Origin: Tubiluchus corallicola
Lineage: Eukaryota > Animalia > Priapulida
DNA: 64,000 nucleotides
Reading direction: 5' to 3'
NCBI GenBank assembly: GCA_030141605.1
Contig: JAQGDQ010000004.1
Coordinates: forward strand, 1,116,001 to 1,180,000
A program made the position numbers and the translations under genes. Below are positions 38,732 to 50,900 of this stretch, piece by piece (positions within the stretch are counted from its first letter, which is position 1; every line of letters starts with the position of its first letter). Under the pieces are notes generated by a model, which saw nothing but the letters and a program-made list of their open reading frames with translations, searched no databases and was not told the DNA's origin.

Positions 38732-39611
38732 ATTATTTTTATAAAACACATAAATATGAAATAGCATTCAACACGTAAATGGCAGGTTTGTTTTGAGTAA
38801 CGGTTAAAAGTGTTCAGTTTTCAGCCAATGGCTGTGATAACATGATGGTGAACTGAGTCATAGGTGGCTTTTTAGTTTGTTTAAGACCTTCAATATTTTG
38901 GAAACGATTGCAGTTGCCATTAGCATAACTAGAGTATGACTTGAGCATAAGGTGTTAAATATTCATCATTACAAAGGAGAAAGGACATGACAGATACTCA
39001 ATTTGATAAAAACAAGTATTACATTTAGCATGTACTTTAGCAGCTCAACTACATCAATTGACATTATTGCAAATTCAGTCGAATGCAGACTCAACATTGC
39101 AAGGTACACGACCGATTCTTAGTCAGATTCAGTGACAAATTTAAGCATCACTTTTTGGTTATCTTTTAATTACAATTCAGTAAGATAACAGATGTATTAG
39201 GCAGAATTGCATAAGGAAAAATAAAGTTTTTTGTGTGATAATAAATATTTTTTACATTCTTTTCTCAGCTCTAGCAATATATGACATGTATATCATGTTG
39301 CACATATTGTAAAAATAAATAGTAAAATCTTAACAAAAAGTTTTATTTCTCATTAGTAAGTATACTAATTTAAAAAGTGCAAAGTGTGCGTTCGGGCACC
39401 TCTGACTCTTTGAGTTTAATGTACATAATCTAAAATACTTGTTAACAGTCAATAGCAACAGGTGAACCAACAGGTTTCTCTCTTTTATCGTTCATGATTA
39501 ATACAGTTCTGCCCTTTATCATAAATACAGTTAAACTCTGTGTGCGTAACTGGGCATCACTGCCCATTGTCTACTTAACACAGCTAAGTAATAAGCCACA
39601 TCGGATACTTT

Positions 39612-41726
39612 TTATAAATCGGAATCTAGTCTATTCTTTATTCGACTACTAGGCTTGGAAATGGGCTTCTCTTTACCAGCAGGTGAACTGCTCCACCACT
39701 TGTTCTGCAAAGCATGTTCAACTTGTTCTCTTTCAAATGGACTGAACTCTAAGACAGTTGCAATTGCATTCATCATGGGTTTCTTATCAGCAACGTCAAA
39801 ACTTAAAAGAAAACTATACAAAACATTTTTCAGATACTCAAGATTGGCATTTTCGCGTGAGCGGCTTCGCTGAAAATCATGAATCTTTGCTTCCATAAAT
39901 TCTATCTGTTCTCTGTACTTTTCCTCTTTTATGGATAAGGACTGTTGTAATTCCCGTAGGGCTTGCTCTAACTGATGTTTCGTCTTCCGTAAACTGCTGA
40001 TTTCCACGTCTCGTCTGGAAATCTCTTGATTAAAGTGTAGCAGAGGCCCATCTAAGTTTATTGAAGGTATAATATCTACATTAACTTCACTATTGGAAGA
40101 CACTTGTTCATTTTCTACACCAATAGCACTTGATGTAGATTTTGGGAAATAGTTTTTTAGTATCTCTATCTCGCTGTCCTTTTCTGCAAGTAGTTCGAGT
40201 ATCCTTTCTCTCTGCTTCTGCATTTCTTGTTCAAATTCAGTTATTTTTTGCTTGTATTCTCTAGTAGTTTTTATTCTTTCTTCGTCATGCTCCTCTCTTA
40301 GTTTTACAATTGTGTCTTCAAGGTTGCTAATTGCCATCGCATTGTGCCTAATCTTTTCTTCGTATTCCACTGTTCTTTGTCGCAGCCTTTCCTTTAAATC
40401 GAAAACTTGGGTTTTAAGGGATTCAACTTCTTTTGCTACTGCACTATCCTTTTTGTTTTTCAAAACGGATTGCACCCTGAGCTTGTATCTTTCAAATTCT
40501 TCTTTTAGCTGCCTATATTCTTGTTGGCACCGCAGATGAACCTGCTCTCTATCCTGTGTAATTTCACCATCCTTCTGCAAACTCAATAGCTCTGTCAAAT
40601 CAACTGGTTTCTCAGACCATTCATTGGCTGATTTTAACCTTTCTTTTAATTTAGTAATCTTCTCTACTAATGCATTTACGTCTAAATTAGAATCATCATT
40701 TTCTAAATCATTATTAGTTAATTGTCTTGAGAGTGCTGAATTCTCAATGTCAAGTTGAGATATTCTCTCTCTCAATGTCTGTATAGTACTTTTGTCCTGC
40801 ATCCTAATCCTTTCATAGCTGCCCACAGTTTCAGATAATTCTGAAAGTTTGTTTTCGAGAGTGGCTACCCTCTCTTCTGCCTGTAATCTCACATTTTTTG
40901 CATGATCTTCTGCTTCTGTTGCCCGATGTTGTTCGCTTTGAAGAGTTATCCTGTTCTGCATCTTCATTTCAGAAATTTCTTGTCTTAACTGAGCTAGAAG
41001 TGGCGGCGGTTGTTTCGACTTCTGTTCCGAAGCAGAGAGACGTGTTCGTAAGTCATCCATCTCCTTTGTTAAGCTTCTTATTTTTGATTCATATTCTTTC
41101 ACATACTCTGTGGCATTCTGTTGCTTTGTCACTTTCATTTTAATTTCATCCAAATGATGTTCTACATTTTCTTTTGCGATTCGTTCATCAGCTAATAATT
41201 TCTGCAGTTCTCGTAGCATAACAGCATGATCAGTCACTTCTTTTTCTCTTTCACGTTGTTCCGACAACAATGTTGATTTCAGCTCCTTGATTTTGGCTTT
41301 CAGCTGAGACTTCTCCTCATCGTGTTTATGCATTTCCTTTTGTAGTTGTTTTGTCAAGTCATCCAGCTCTTGTTTCATCTGCTTCCTATCAGTTTGAAAA
41401 TTTATCTCCATTCGTGTTTTCTCTTTTGTTATAGTAGCTACAGCTGCAGTTAGTCTATTCAAATCTGATTCTGACTGTGACATAGTCTGGTTATAATCTT
41501 GGTCGTCTTGATTTTTCAGATCTTCTATGTCATTAACCACTTCATTGCATGATTTTTCATTATTTACAGTGCTGATTGCATTGAGACTATCCTCTAGTGC
41601 TGCCTTTTCAGACTGGAGGCTCTTATAGGCATGTACCACATCTCTTAATTTTGTTTCATATTTTTTTAATTGTTCTGTTTGAGTTTCAATAGTGTGCAAA
41701 AGTTCTGCCCTGCTTGCCTTTTCCAT
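39612..41726 (-). CDS. GCC1: GRIP and coiled-coil domain-containing protein 1 (GCC88 golgin), 704 aa, uninterrupted CDS
   Basis: N-terminus ELLHTIETQTEQLKKYETKLRDVVHAYKSLQSEKAALE matches remembered GCC1. It has a long coiled coil, EFERYKLR, and a C-terminal GRIP domain ANLEYLKNV..AIATVLEFSP. Confidence 0.95.
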   Translation of the reverse strand: MEKASRAELLHTIETQTEQLKKYETKLRDVVHAYKSLQSEKAALEDSLNAISTVNNEKSCNEVVNDIEDLKNQDDQDYNQTMSQSESDLNRLTAAVATITKEKTRMEINFQTDRKQMKQELDDLTKQLQKEMHKHDEEKSQLKAKIKELKSTLLSEQREREKEVTDHAVMLRELQKLLADERIAKENVEHHLDEIKMKVTKQQNATEYVKEYESKIRSLTKEMDDLRTRLSASEQKSKQPPPLLAQLRQEISEMKMQNRITLQSEQHRATEAEDHAKNVRLQAEERVATLENKLSELSETVGSYERIRMQDKSTIQTLRERISQLDIENSALSRQLTNNDLENDDSNLDVNALVEKITKLKERLKSANEWSEKPVDLTELLSLQKDGEITQDREQVHLRCQQEYRQLKEEFERYKLRVQSVLKNKKDSAVAKEVESLKTQVFDLKERLRQRTVEYEEKIRHNAMAISNLEDTIVKLREEHDEERIKTTREYKQKITEFEQEMQKQRERILELLAEKDSEIEILKNYFPKSTSSAIGVENEQVSSNSEVNVDIIPSINLDGPLLHFNQEISRRDVEISSLRKTKHQLEQALRELQQSLSIKEEKYREQIEFMEAKIHDFQRSRSRENANLEYLKNVLYSFLLSFDVADKKPMMNAIATVLEFSPFEREQVEHALQNKWWSSSPAGKEKPISKPSSRIKNRLDSDL

Positions 41727-42030
41727 TTCAACTTCTGATTTATTTTATGAAAACATGTATGTATGTGAAAATAAACAGATACTTGATGCTTTTGTACCAA
41801 TCACAGGTATAAAATGTGCACTTTCACATAAAAAATGTCAGTTCGCTACTTGATAAGTTTGCATCTTCTATCGTATGTTGATGCCACATCTGCCGAATTT
41901 GTTGTATCAGTATTGCATTTGCTGTAAATATATAAAAAAGAAAACTGATAACTAGTGCTAGTACTAGTTATGTTTTCGCAAAACCTAAATATGTTTGTCA
42001 TCAGAAATTTTCTATCATTGTAACACCTCA

Positions 42031-42498
42031 CAGGGCCAGAATTTCATTATATTTTGCCAGAATCTAAGCAGATTCTCGCCATGAGTTTTTTGGGAATCCA
42101 GAGGATCAAGGTCTAAATTACTTAGTTCAGGTACGATGAATTATAATTCTTGAAACAGCGAAAACTGAAACTGAATTGAAATTCAAATTTCCAAACTTTA
42201 CTCTGCCACCCTCAAGTAAACGTTCTTGTTGACTTGGCAATGAGCATAGATCCTTACAATTTTTATGTGCAACTCTGAATGAAAAGCACAGTGAGCCAAA
42301 GACACTAGTGAAATGACTAAGTAAGCCTGCAAGTACAATATGGCAGCCTTCATAAGCTATGAAGCCTAAGCCTAGCGTAAGGCAAAAAGTGAAAAAGTCA
42401 AATTAGTGCCTTTATTTTTTTAAGATTTAGGTAAAGCCTGTGCGAATCTAATCTAATAATGGGCATTAGCACGAATGCGCGTTGAAATTCTGGCCTTG
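42031..42498. mobile_element. MITE with 16-bp TIRs (hAT-like CAGGG ends), ~300 bp upstream of the GCC1 ATG
   Basis: CAGGGCCAGAATTTCA / TGAAATTCTGGCCTTG match at 15 of 16; no clean 8-bp TSD. Confidence 0.72.
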
Positions 42499-42926
42499 GC
42501 TCAGGTTGACTGGGTCTCGGCTTTCAGTGACCCATTCTGCCATTCTGGTTGTTCAGATTTTAGCCTAGCATTTAACATCTTTATAAGAAGCAACTTCTAA
42601 ACTGTATACCGCAGATATATGGCTGCATACTTTCAATTCAGATGGTTCTCAGCAAATGCACCTGCACTACTGATTTTGCACTAAAAGACCTACACCTACT
42701 AACTTTTTAAGGATTTTAGTTTTATGAGTTTATGTAACTCATTGTTACTATGAATGTATTGCTTCTGTATTACTATTAAAATCCTCGTTATAGTATAATA
42801 CTATAGTATTGGACATTTATTTACATACAGTTGCAGGCTAAATTACATCATACTTACTGTCATCTAGGCCTAGTCTTATCTAGACAAATACTTTTATCAT
42901 TTGCGCTAACTCATTCTAATATAATA

Positions 42927-43804
42927 CAGTAGGCGCCACTTAATAGACTCACTTTGGGACGCAAGTATTTTGACCCAATTAACCGAGCCAATTAGCCGAA
43001 GCACTTAGTATATTACTACTATACAAGTATGAGTCAGTACTCATCACATCTTAGCGTGCATAGTAGTGGCTTTAAATGAATCTTAGAAACGAGTTAATGT
43101 CAAAAATACCTACGTGCAATTATTCAACAAGCATAACTTACATAAGTGAATTAATAAAAAAAAGAAAAAATCACAAAAATCTGATTATCACTGTTAAAGA
43201 TTAGGAGAAATTCATGCAAGGTCAGTTGCTTCATTTCTTCATGAAGAAGTTGGTTTATGAAATTCTCACTGATAAAAATATTGAAAACCTGTTACTGTAA
43301 GGCTGCACATATTCAAGCAAAACACCTAGTCACCTAGTGTTTGACCTGCAGTTGGTGATGACCTTGTTTCCCACGTGAAAAGCAGCAGGAGCTTCAAAAG
43401 CAAACCGCTGGGCAAGTGATCAAATGTTTAGTTCTAGAAACAATGAGGTTAATTGCAGCGGATAAGCGGGTGACAGATTCAAAGCAAAACCGCTAGGCTA
43501 ACATATTAGCACATATGATAAACATACTATATTAGTATATTACATTATATACTATATATATTATAGTATATGCATATTATTATAATATGTGTATTATATT
43601 AAACATAGTATATTATGGTGCACAAAAGATGGGCACACACAAGTATCTTAAGTGCATGAAGCAAAATATTGAATCAATTATGCGGAGTCATTTGAATCAA
43701 TTACTGACAGTTTTTGTATACATTTGAATAGGAGTTCTAGGTGTTTTTGAGTCAATTAAACGACTGAGTCTATTAACTGTGAGTCTAGTAAATGGCGCCT
43801 ACTG
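42927..43804. mobile_element. Tigger/pogo-like MITE, full length
   Basis: TIRs CAGTAGGCGCCACTTAATAGACTC / GAGTCTAGTAAATGGCGCCTACTG with a TA TSD; a second copy lies at ~1660-2245. Confidence 0.88.
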
Positions 43805-45418
43805 TACTTGTCTATTAACTACAAGAAAAATAAAAATTTATCCTATTGTCTGAATGCCTGTAAACAAATTTTTACAAGACTTGGCAAACAAAAACATGAA
43901 AAAACTAAAAATTATGGAGTTTGGCCTAATGCGCTGTATTAATCACTACAACCGAGTGGCAGCTGGCTTCTGGAATTTTAAAAATACTCCACAGTGACTA
44001 TAATGATTCATCTGCAAATGAAATTAATGAAAAGTGCTCTAAAATTAAAATGTATAAACTTAAATTCCTGTTGTTCAAATGTTTTATATTGTATTCGTTT
44101 ATTCGTTGAGTGCTCTCTTTCTTGTCAGTGCTGAGGTCTAACGGTATTTGAATTTTTTTGCTACAATTCAATTCAATCAATTTTGTTTCCTCAACATTTG
44201 TTTCATAGTCAATGTATAGTGTAGCAATTATATTATGTGAGTAGGAGCAGCAAAAGACCCATTGGTCACTACCTTAACTGCTCATTTTTTAAGAAAAAAA
44301 TTTTGTTTTCTTGATAGATACAAAACTTTTATGTGGTAAATAAGATAATGTCCTATAGTTTGTAAAAGGAAAGGAATTAAATTACTTACACTAAAGTAAA
44401 GACACTTGGTTTTACTACTAGTGCTACTAGTATTTGTAGTAATTAATATTAATATTATAATAATAAATAAAAAAGAATGAACAGTAGAGAATTGTGTTGA
44501 AATTACGATAGATAATTACGGAATATTGAAGCACTAAATTGAGTCAAAATAAACGTTATTACATCTCTATTATTATTTATACCTTTTTTCATCGATCTAG
44601 ATCCAATAAAATAATTAATTCATCGTACCAAACTAATTTTGAAACAACGCGTCCGTAAAGGAAAAGTTGTAACAGCAGAAATTCATCGCGTTGTATTTTT
44701 TTAGGTTGCGCCATCTACACACAGATTTAATATTTTTTGTCATTTTAGCATTCTGCTGATCATGGGTTACGTGCCGCATGTAATTTCCGATGATTATCTG
44801 TATCATGTAGTCAAAAAGGATCCTCAGAGTAAACAAATATAAGATTGCATTGGATTGGGCATGCGCTATCATTACCTCAAGAGACTCCTCTTCCTACAGC
44901 ATTACGTAAAACTCTTGAAACGACAAAAGCAAAAGATTTAGCAAGTACAACCCTAAGTCTCCGAAGTTTGCAAGCAACTTCAAAATACAATTTTAACGAA
45001 CTCTAGTCGGTGGTTCGTAAAATAAAATTACTAGAACTGGATAATGTATTGTATTATAAAAAGCTTCAAAAAAAGAATATCCACGATTTAGGTGTTATGA
45101 CTATTATCTTTTTAAAGCTTTCAAATTTTTACCATGCCTTTAATAGTCAAACAGTAAAATGTTTTACAGTACTGAGTCTCACAAAAATTAATGAGCATCA
45201 CATGCTGTCGCAGAACTGACACAACAAGATGGTTTGTATATTTAACAGGCTTCAATTTATTTCGATCGAGAGATTTATTGGTAGATCTTAACTGATTACA
45301 AAGTTTTCAAAATCTCAAAATATCATGATTAAGAAAATTATATAATTGCTTAATACTTCTTAGAAAAGCATAACAAATTGCCATTTTTGCGAATTTTAAC
45401 AGTAATGATCGGCACACG

Positions 45419-45419
<1 letters not shown>

Positions 45420-45499
<80 letters not shown>
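45420..45499. repeat. (ATT)n microsatellite, ~26 units
   Basis: Pure ATT run read directly. Confidence 0.97.
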
Positions 45500-45501
<2 letters not shown>

Positions 45502-46150
45502 TATTACTATAATTATTATCTGTATAATTAATTTCGGTGGTATGTTACATACATGTAAGACTTGAGGCTACAGTTCCAACGACGCCACCATTCTCGGCGA
45601 TCTATATATCAAGCAAAAGGCCTTGATCTAGTGTCGTACCAATGATGGTTTATTTTTCGGGACGAAAGAACTCTGTATATTCTCCGAGAGTCCCACCAGG
45701 CGCCGCTAGAACGTTTTTTCTGCAGACTGTTTGACCAAAATTTCGAAAAAATCTGGAGTTGGGTCCGAGAAAACGCCCGTTGCGGGGCGCCGTGACCCTC
45801 TCGCGAATTCTAAAAATGCCTACTACACCCACCGTTGAAAGGGCTATCTATCCATGGGCAGCACAGCCTCCGACCCATTCCCGTTCTTCAGAAATGGGCC
45901 ACTGTGTCCCGATTTTTTCGAAATTTAGACCAAACAGCATGCGGAAAAAACATCCTAGCGAACGGAGATATGTAGCTCCTTAAATAGAAGAGGAACAGGG
46001 CTACACGATAGTGTGGGCTGCATTTTAGGATGCTTCCACCATGAGGAGCATTGACGAGTTGATTGGAAGTTCCATTTCACGCAATTTTCGCTTGGAAAAC
46101 TGCTGACGCAAAGCCATTGTTCTGGCGTCACCCATTATACTCTGCCTATA
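45500..46150. mobile_element. GC-rich interspersed repeat attached to the ATT microsatellite (possibly HINE/Helitron-derived)
   Basis: CpG-rich island with two internal related blocks (CCAAAATTTCGAAAAAATC / GATTTTTTCGAAATTTAGACC) and an end hairpin TGACGC..GCGTCA. The short ORFs have no recognisable motifs. Confidence 0.45.
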
Positions 46151-46269
46151 AACCTATAACTTAATTTGACAATCATATCAATCAAACTACTACTACTAGT
46201 AGTTGTTGTTGTTGTTGTTGTTGTTGCAGCAGTAGTAGATATAGCATTGCGATCGATGAAGACTTACTG

Positions 46270-46660
46270 TCTTCATGTTGTCCTATTCTAAACTACAGGT
46301 GGCTTACAAGGCCGATCTAGGTATGGCATCAGAGGCCTTAATGTGGGCATATGAAGTTACTGTCATTGACACTGTCCGCTGCTTCTATCTCTGACCGACC
46401 GTGCCTCTCTCAAGGTTTCTTTTTATAGCCAGAGGGACGATTTCCACTCCTTTTCACTCTACATGGAGAAGAGCGCACCATATTTTGGTATACCAGATGT
46501 AAGATCCTCCCACAGATAAATAGACAAGCCACTGGCATAGAAGGGTCTAGTTTTCTGCTGGATTACTGCTGCTGTCTAGAAGGCAGATTTTACTATAGAA
46601 CTGTGCCTTACATCCGCCCAGTGTCTACAGTAGATGTGGTGGGCATTATGATGATGATCA
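46270..46660 (+). mobile_element. Possible SINE / RTE-type 3' tail ending in (ATG)n
   Basis: Ends CATCCGCCCAGTGTCTACAGTAGATGTGGTGGGCATTATGATGATGATC, a short trinucleotide tail after a stem-loop-like segment; no A/B boxes recognised. Confidence 0.3.
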
Positions 46661-46804
46661 TAATGGAATACAGAAAGAAACAAGTAAACTGAAGGCATAG
46701 ACAAAAGAAGCGACAGTGTTTTGTGCCTCTCACCTTAAGAATTAATAAGGCCTACCATAAGTAGAATCTTCAGAAAGGTTGACCAACTATGTAGGTGGGG
46801 TAAT

Positions 46805-47540
46805 GATTGGGAAATGTTATTTAATGTTGATAAATGTGAGGTAATGCCTTGTGGTTTTGGGAATCTCAAAAGTGACTATGTTTTGAATATAACAACTCTT
46901 CAAAGTGCAAAATAGTAAAAGTGATCTTGGTGTGATAATAACATCAGGCTCGAAACTTTCCCAGCAATGTGTATCCTCTGTTAAGAGAGCAAACAAGATT
47001 TTGAGGACGATAAATTGGCACATCATTTCTAGAAATAAAGAAATTGTATTGAAATTATGCATTGGTTTGGTTAGACTTCATCTAGAATACTGTGTGCAGC
47101 TTTGGAATCCCCATTATCAGAAAGATATATTCCTTGTGGAAGGTGTACAAAGGCGTGCTACAAAAATAATATTAGGTTGTAAAAATCTGACATGTGGAAA
47201 GATTAAAATATTGCAGTTTGTCCACGTTTGAATTAAGAAGACACCATGGAGATCTTATTGAAGTTTATAAAATATTAACTAGAAAGAAAACATTTTGGCA
47301 AAAAAATTCTTAATTTAGTTGTTGATTCTAAAACAAGAGGACGTGGTTTAAAACTGTTTAAAGAGCAGTCACGTCTTGACATTCGTGAATATTCTTTTTC
47401 TGTGAGAGTTGCAAATGAATGAAATAATTTGCCTGCCATGGTGATTGCCGCACCAACCACAACAAAGTTTAAATCCTCACTCGGCAATGTCTACGAGTGT
47501 ACTCGCTTAACCCCTAATCATGACAGTATAATAGTATAAT
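46805..47540 (+). mobile_element. 5'-truncated CR1 LINE (RT C-terminal region plus 3' tail), decayed
   Basis: Frameshifted CR1 hallmarks FNVDKCEVM, DLGVII, LVRLHLEYCVQLWNPHYQKDI..EGVQRRATKII, GDLIEVYKI, TRGRGLKL and YSFSVRVANE*NNLP. Confidence 0.9.
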
Positions 47541-47901
47541 TATGATAGTGTGGAGTGGCTGACTCGAAATGTCCATTCACAACCTACAGCTCTTGACCTT
47601 TACAATATTCTACATATAATAGCAACTAAAAATTATATCTAATGTTTTATTTACATTTTATTGTAAATCATGTTGTACTAATAACTTTACTAACAGGTGA
47701 AAATATTTGAATTATAATTCTAGAGTGGAGCTATGAAAGCAACGAAAATCATGGAAACACACGGAATGTCGTATCTATCTAATAGATGGCGCGGATTATT
47801 GTTAATAACTAGAGTTATCATCAGTTGTTGCCGTTACTTACCTTTACTAATTGGTAAGCGCAAAATGATAATTAAAGTTTCGGAGTTACCTAACTTCTTC
47901 A

Positions 47902-50900
47902 ATGGCTAAAGTGGTTGTAGGTTAGATATTTTATTTATTTTCCGATGTCTTGGACTGATAAATTCCACCTGTTCAACTGTTTTGTGCATGGATGCTAGTC
48001 GTTAAGACAGTCATCGAATTGAATCTTATCTGAGTATTCTTTAAAACCAATTACAAAAGTATGCGTCACAAAGTGAGTTTTAATCTGCAGTGCGCTAGTT
48101 CATTGATTTGACCCATTTAGTGATCATTGGGCTTGTCTGGGCTGTCTGTAGAAAACGTAATAATTCTGCAAGTTAGTCACAACAGTACCAAATCATTGGT
48201 TTTTTTTATAGTACTAACGTCTTGCATTTTCTTTAACCTTCAGGTGATGCCTCGGGTTTCATTGGAACAGCTCTAACTAGAGCTCTATATAACAACGGCT
48301 ATGGTGTTATTTGTGTTTCACGTTCACCGTCCAGTAGATCTGCAATCTCTTGGGTAAATACAGTCAGATTTCTTTGTAATAATGCAGCTCTCATATGCCA
48401 CTAAGTATACCATTACAGCACGGTTAGCTGAATGGCAAAGTTTGGTAATTATCAGCAATTGTCTAGTTTTGACATTTGCAATGTTCTGTTATAGCTGAGC
48501 GTTCACTGTGAGTGCCTACCCACCAAAATTAAGCAATATCAAGTCCATTCAGTAAATGGATTGGTAACCTTCAAGAAAATGGTTACTGGATGGTTTCAAC
48601 GACCTTACTGCATGCAGTTATTTATCTTGTTGAGGGAATACATATAAATACAAATAATAAAAAATACTTCGACCTATGTGGTAAGTAGCAATGATCTTAC
48701 CGAAAATTCAATTAACCAAAACAAAAATGTACTTTTAAAAAATTGTCAATACTAAGATCATTATGGTAAGTGTCTGATTTTGTTTAAAAAAATATAAATA
48801 AAAGAACTGTCCTATTATAGCGATTTTAAATTTAAATGGATGCAAGTGTTTGAGGAGTCAATTAATTTTTACTCCATTGCTTTTATACTTTTATTGTTAC
48901 TAAGTTGCACAGCTCAACTGAATTTGACAAACTGTTTATTTGCTTAAGCACTTTTATAGACACAGTATTATTATGTTTATTAATTGTTACAATTCTAAGG
49001 GAATTTAGCACTACCATCTTATTTGCTGGAGGTTTTCTAAGAGACACTTGCATAGACTGCTAGGATATTTCTTTTTCTAGCATCTGCACAAGTAATTTAT
49101 TTAAATGGTCTTACCGGCGGGTGTTGTTGCATAATGATTTTTTTTGAGGGACGAAATCATCACCTTAGTGCCCCAAGTAAAGACAAATGGCAGCACCTGT
49201 TGATTGAGACAAATGTGACAACTCTAATAGAAATGCAGAACTGCCATTTGTTTGAAATAAATTGAATTTCTGTAAAACTGTGGTAAAACTTTTACTAGGC
49301 CGATTAATTATTAACATTCATTTTTCAGCAAAGTGTTGCTATAAATGGAATCCCCGAATGTACTGCTGTTGTCAATCTTGCAGGAGAAAACCTTCTCAAT
49401 CCTCTTAGGAGGTAAAGTTGTTTTTGTTTTATGACTTCTTGTATTTTTCATTACTCTATTTGCTGGTATTGATATGATCATGTAGAATCAAGACAATTTT
49501 TTACTCAAGATATTAACCAGCATATGGAATCTGATTTCTTTTCTGTTCTTTGCTGCCATTTTATGCTTCTGTTTTTAGCGAATAAATTAGGCAGAACATT
49601 TTGTCTTAATAGGTGGAGTGAGGCATTATCAAATGATTTATACAATAGTCGTATTAACACTACAAAGGTATTGGCTGATGCTATAGTCAAAGCTCCTGTT
49701 AAACCAAAAGTGTTTATATGCGCTTCTGCCATTGGTAAGTGTTGTGTAACTATATGTTTACAAGTGATTTTATTGTGTCTTTGAGTGAGTGCATAATAAG
49801 TAATTATCTTATCAATAAATGCAGATGGTTGCTTTTATGCGCGTTTGCGAGTATGTAAACCTTGCATATCGAATTTCATTGCTAACTGCTTAATTATAAT
49901 AACTGGGCTGTTCCATCTTGAGCTGCAGTGCAGTGGTAGTGTAACTACCAAATGTTAGTGCTGGGCATTTTCTAAACAAATTATTCAAAACAAATGGAGT
50001 CAACAATTAGTTGTTTTATTAAAGCAAACCAAGTAACATTTAGCCATAAAGCAGGCTCTCCTTTCAAAAAATGGCTATATGCAAGCACAGAATGTATCTA
50101 GCGAGAAATGAATGCGCAAATATGCGTCTTCGTCGAACTTGGTTTATCTCGCAACTCAGATAGTTTTTTTGTTCCCTAGCCATCCGAATTATATTAAATA
50201 TCATGCCATTGAGTTTTTTATTTTCATTGTTAATGAAACCTGAAATTATTATTCTGTTCAATAAGAAATACCATTTGTTTATGTTCAAGGTATTTATCCT
50301 CCTAGGGATACTGCAAGATATACAGAACACAATGCACCTCCAGCCAGCGATTTCATGACTCGACTCTGCCATGACTGGGAATTGGCTGGAAAATTGCCGG
50401 AGACAACTGCTGTCAGGCACGCTATAGTGAGAATAGGTTTGTGTTAATGTCGTGTTAACTTGAACTACAGGCAAAGGTAATATATAAGTGGCTTTAACTC
50501 TTAGAGCTGGTAAAAGAACCGAGTCTACTGAACCTTACCTGATGTCTTTTTGACAGTCTCGTGCAGGGCATTTTTAAATACTGCACTTTATGATCACAAA
50601 GCTCAGATAAATATGAAAACTGTTGCTTCACTGGTATCAAGTTGGTATCTTAGTGAGTCTGTGTCAATCTTCAGGCGTGCTGAATTTTGCGCTACAGATT
50701 TTCGTTTGCAGTTATAGAAATGAGCATAAGAGAGACGAAAAGCACGCAAATATGACATCAAACAGAGCAGACTAGTCTATTGGATAAAAACTTCACAGTT
50801 TGCATGTAAAGAAAACTTCCCATGCTGTCCACTTTTAATATAGCAAAATTTTAAAAACCAACATCAGGCAACTAACTGCATCATTACTTTTTAATTCAGA

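Noticed and set aside
39655-41143. Plus-strand ORFs (72, 95 and 81 aa) antisense to GCC1
   Set aside because: Shadow ORFs of a coiled-coil coding strand; mostly non-ATG starts and no motifs.
45650-45983. GC-rich ORFs of 60-74 aa on both strands
   Set aside because: They lie within an interspersed repeat island and have no protein motifs or splice structure.
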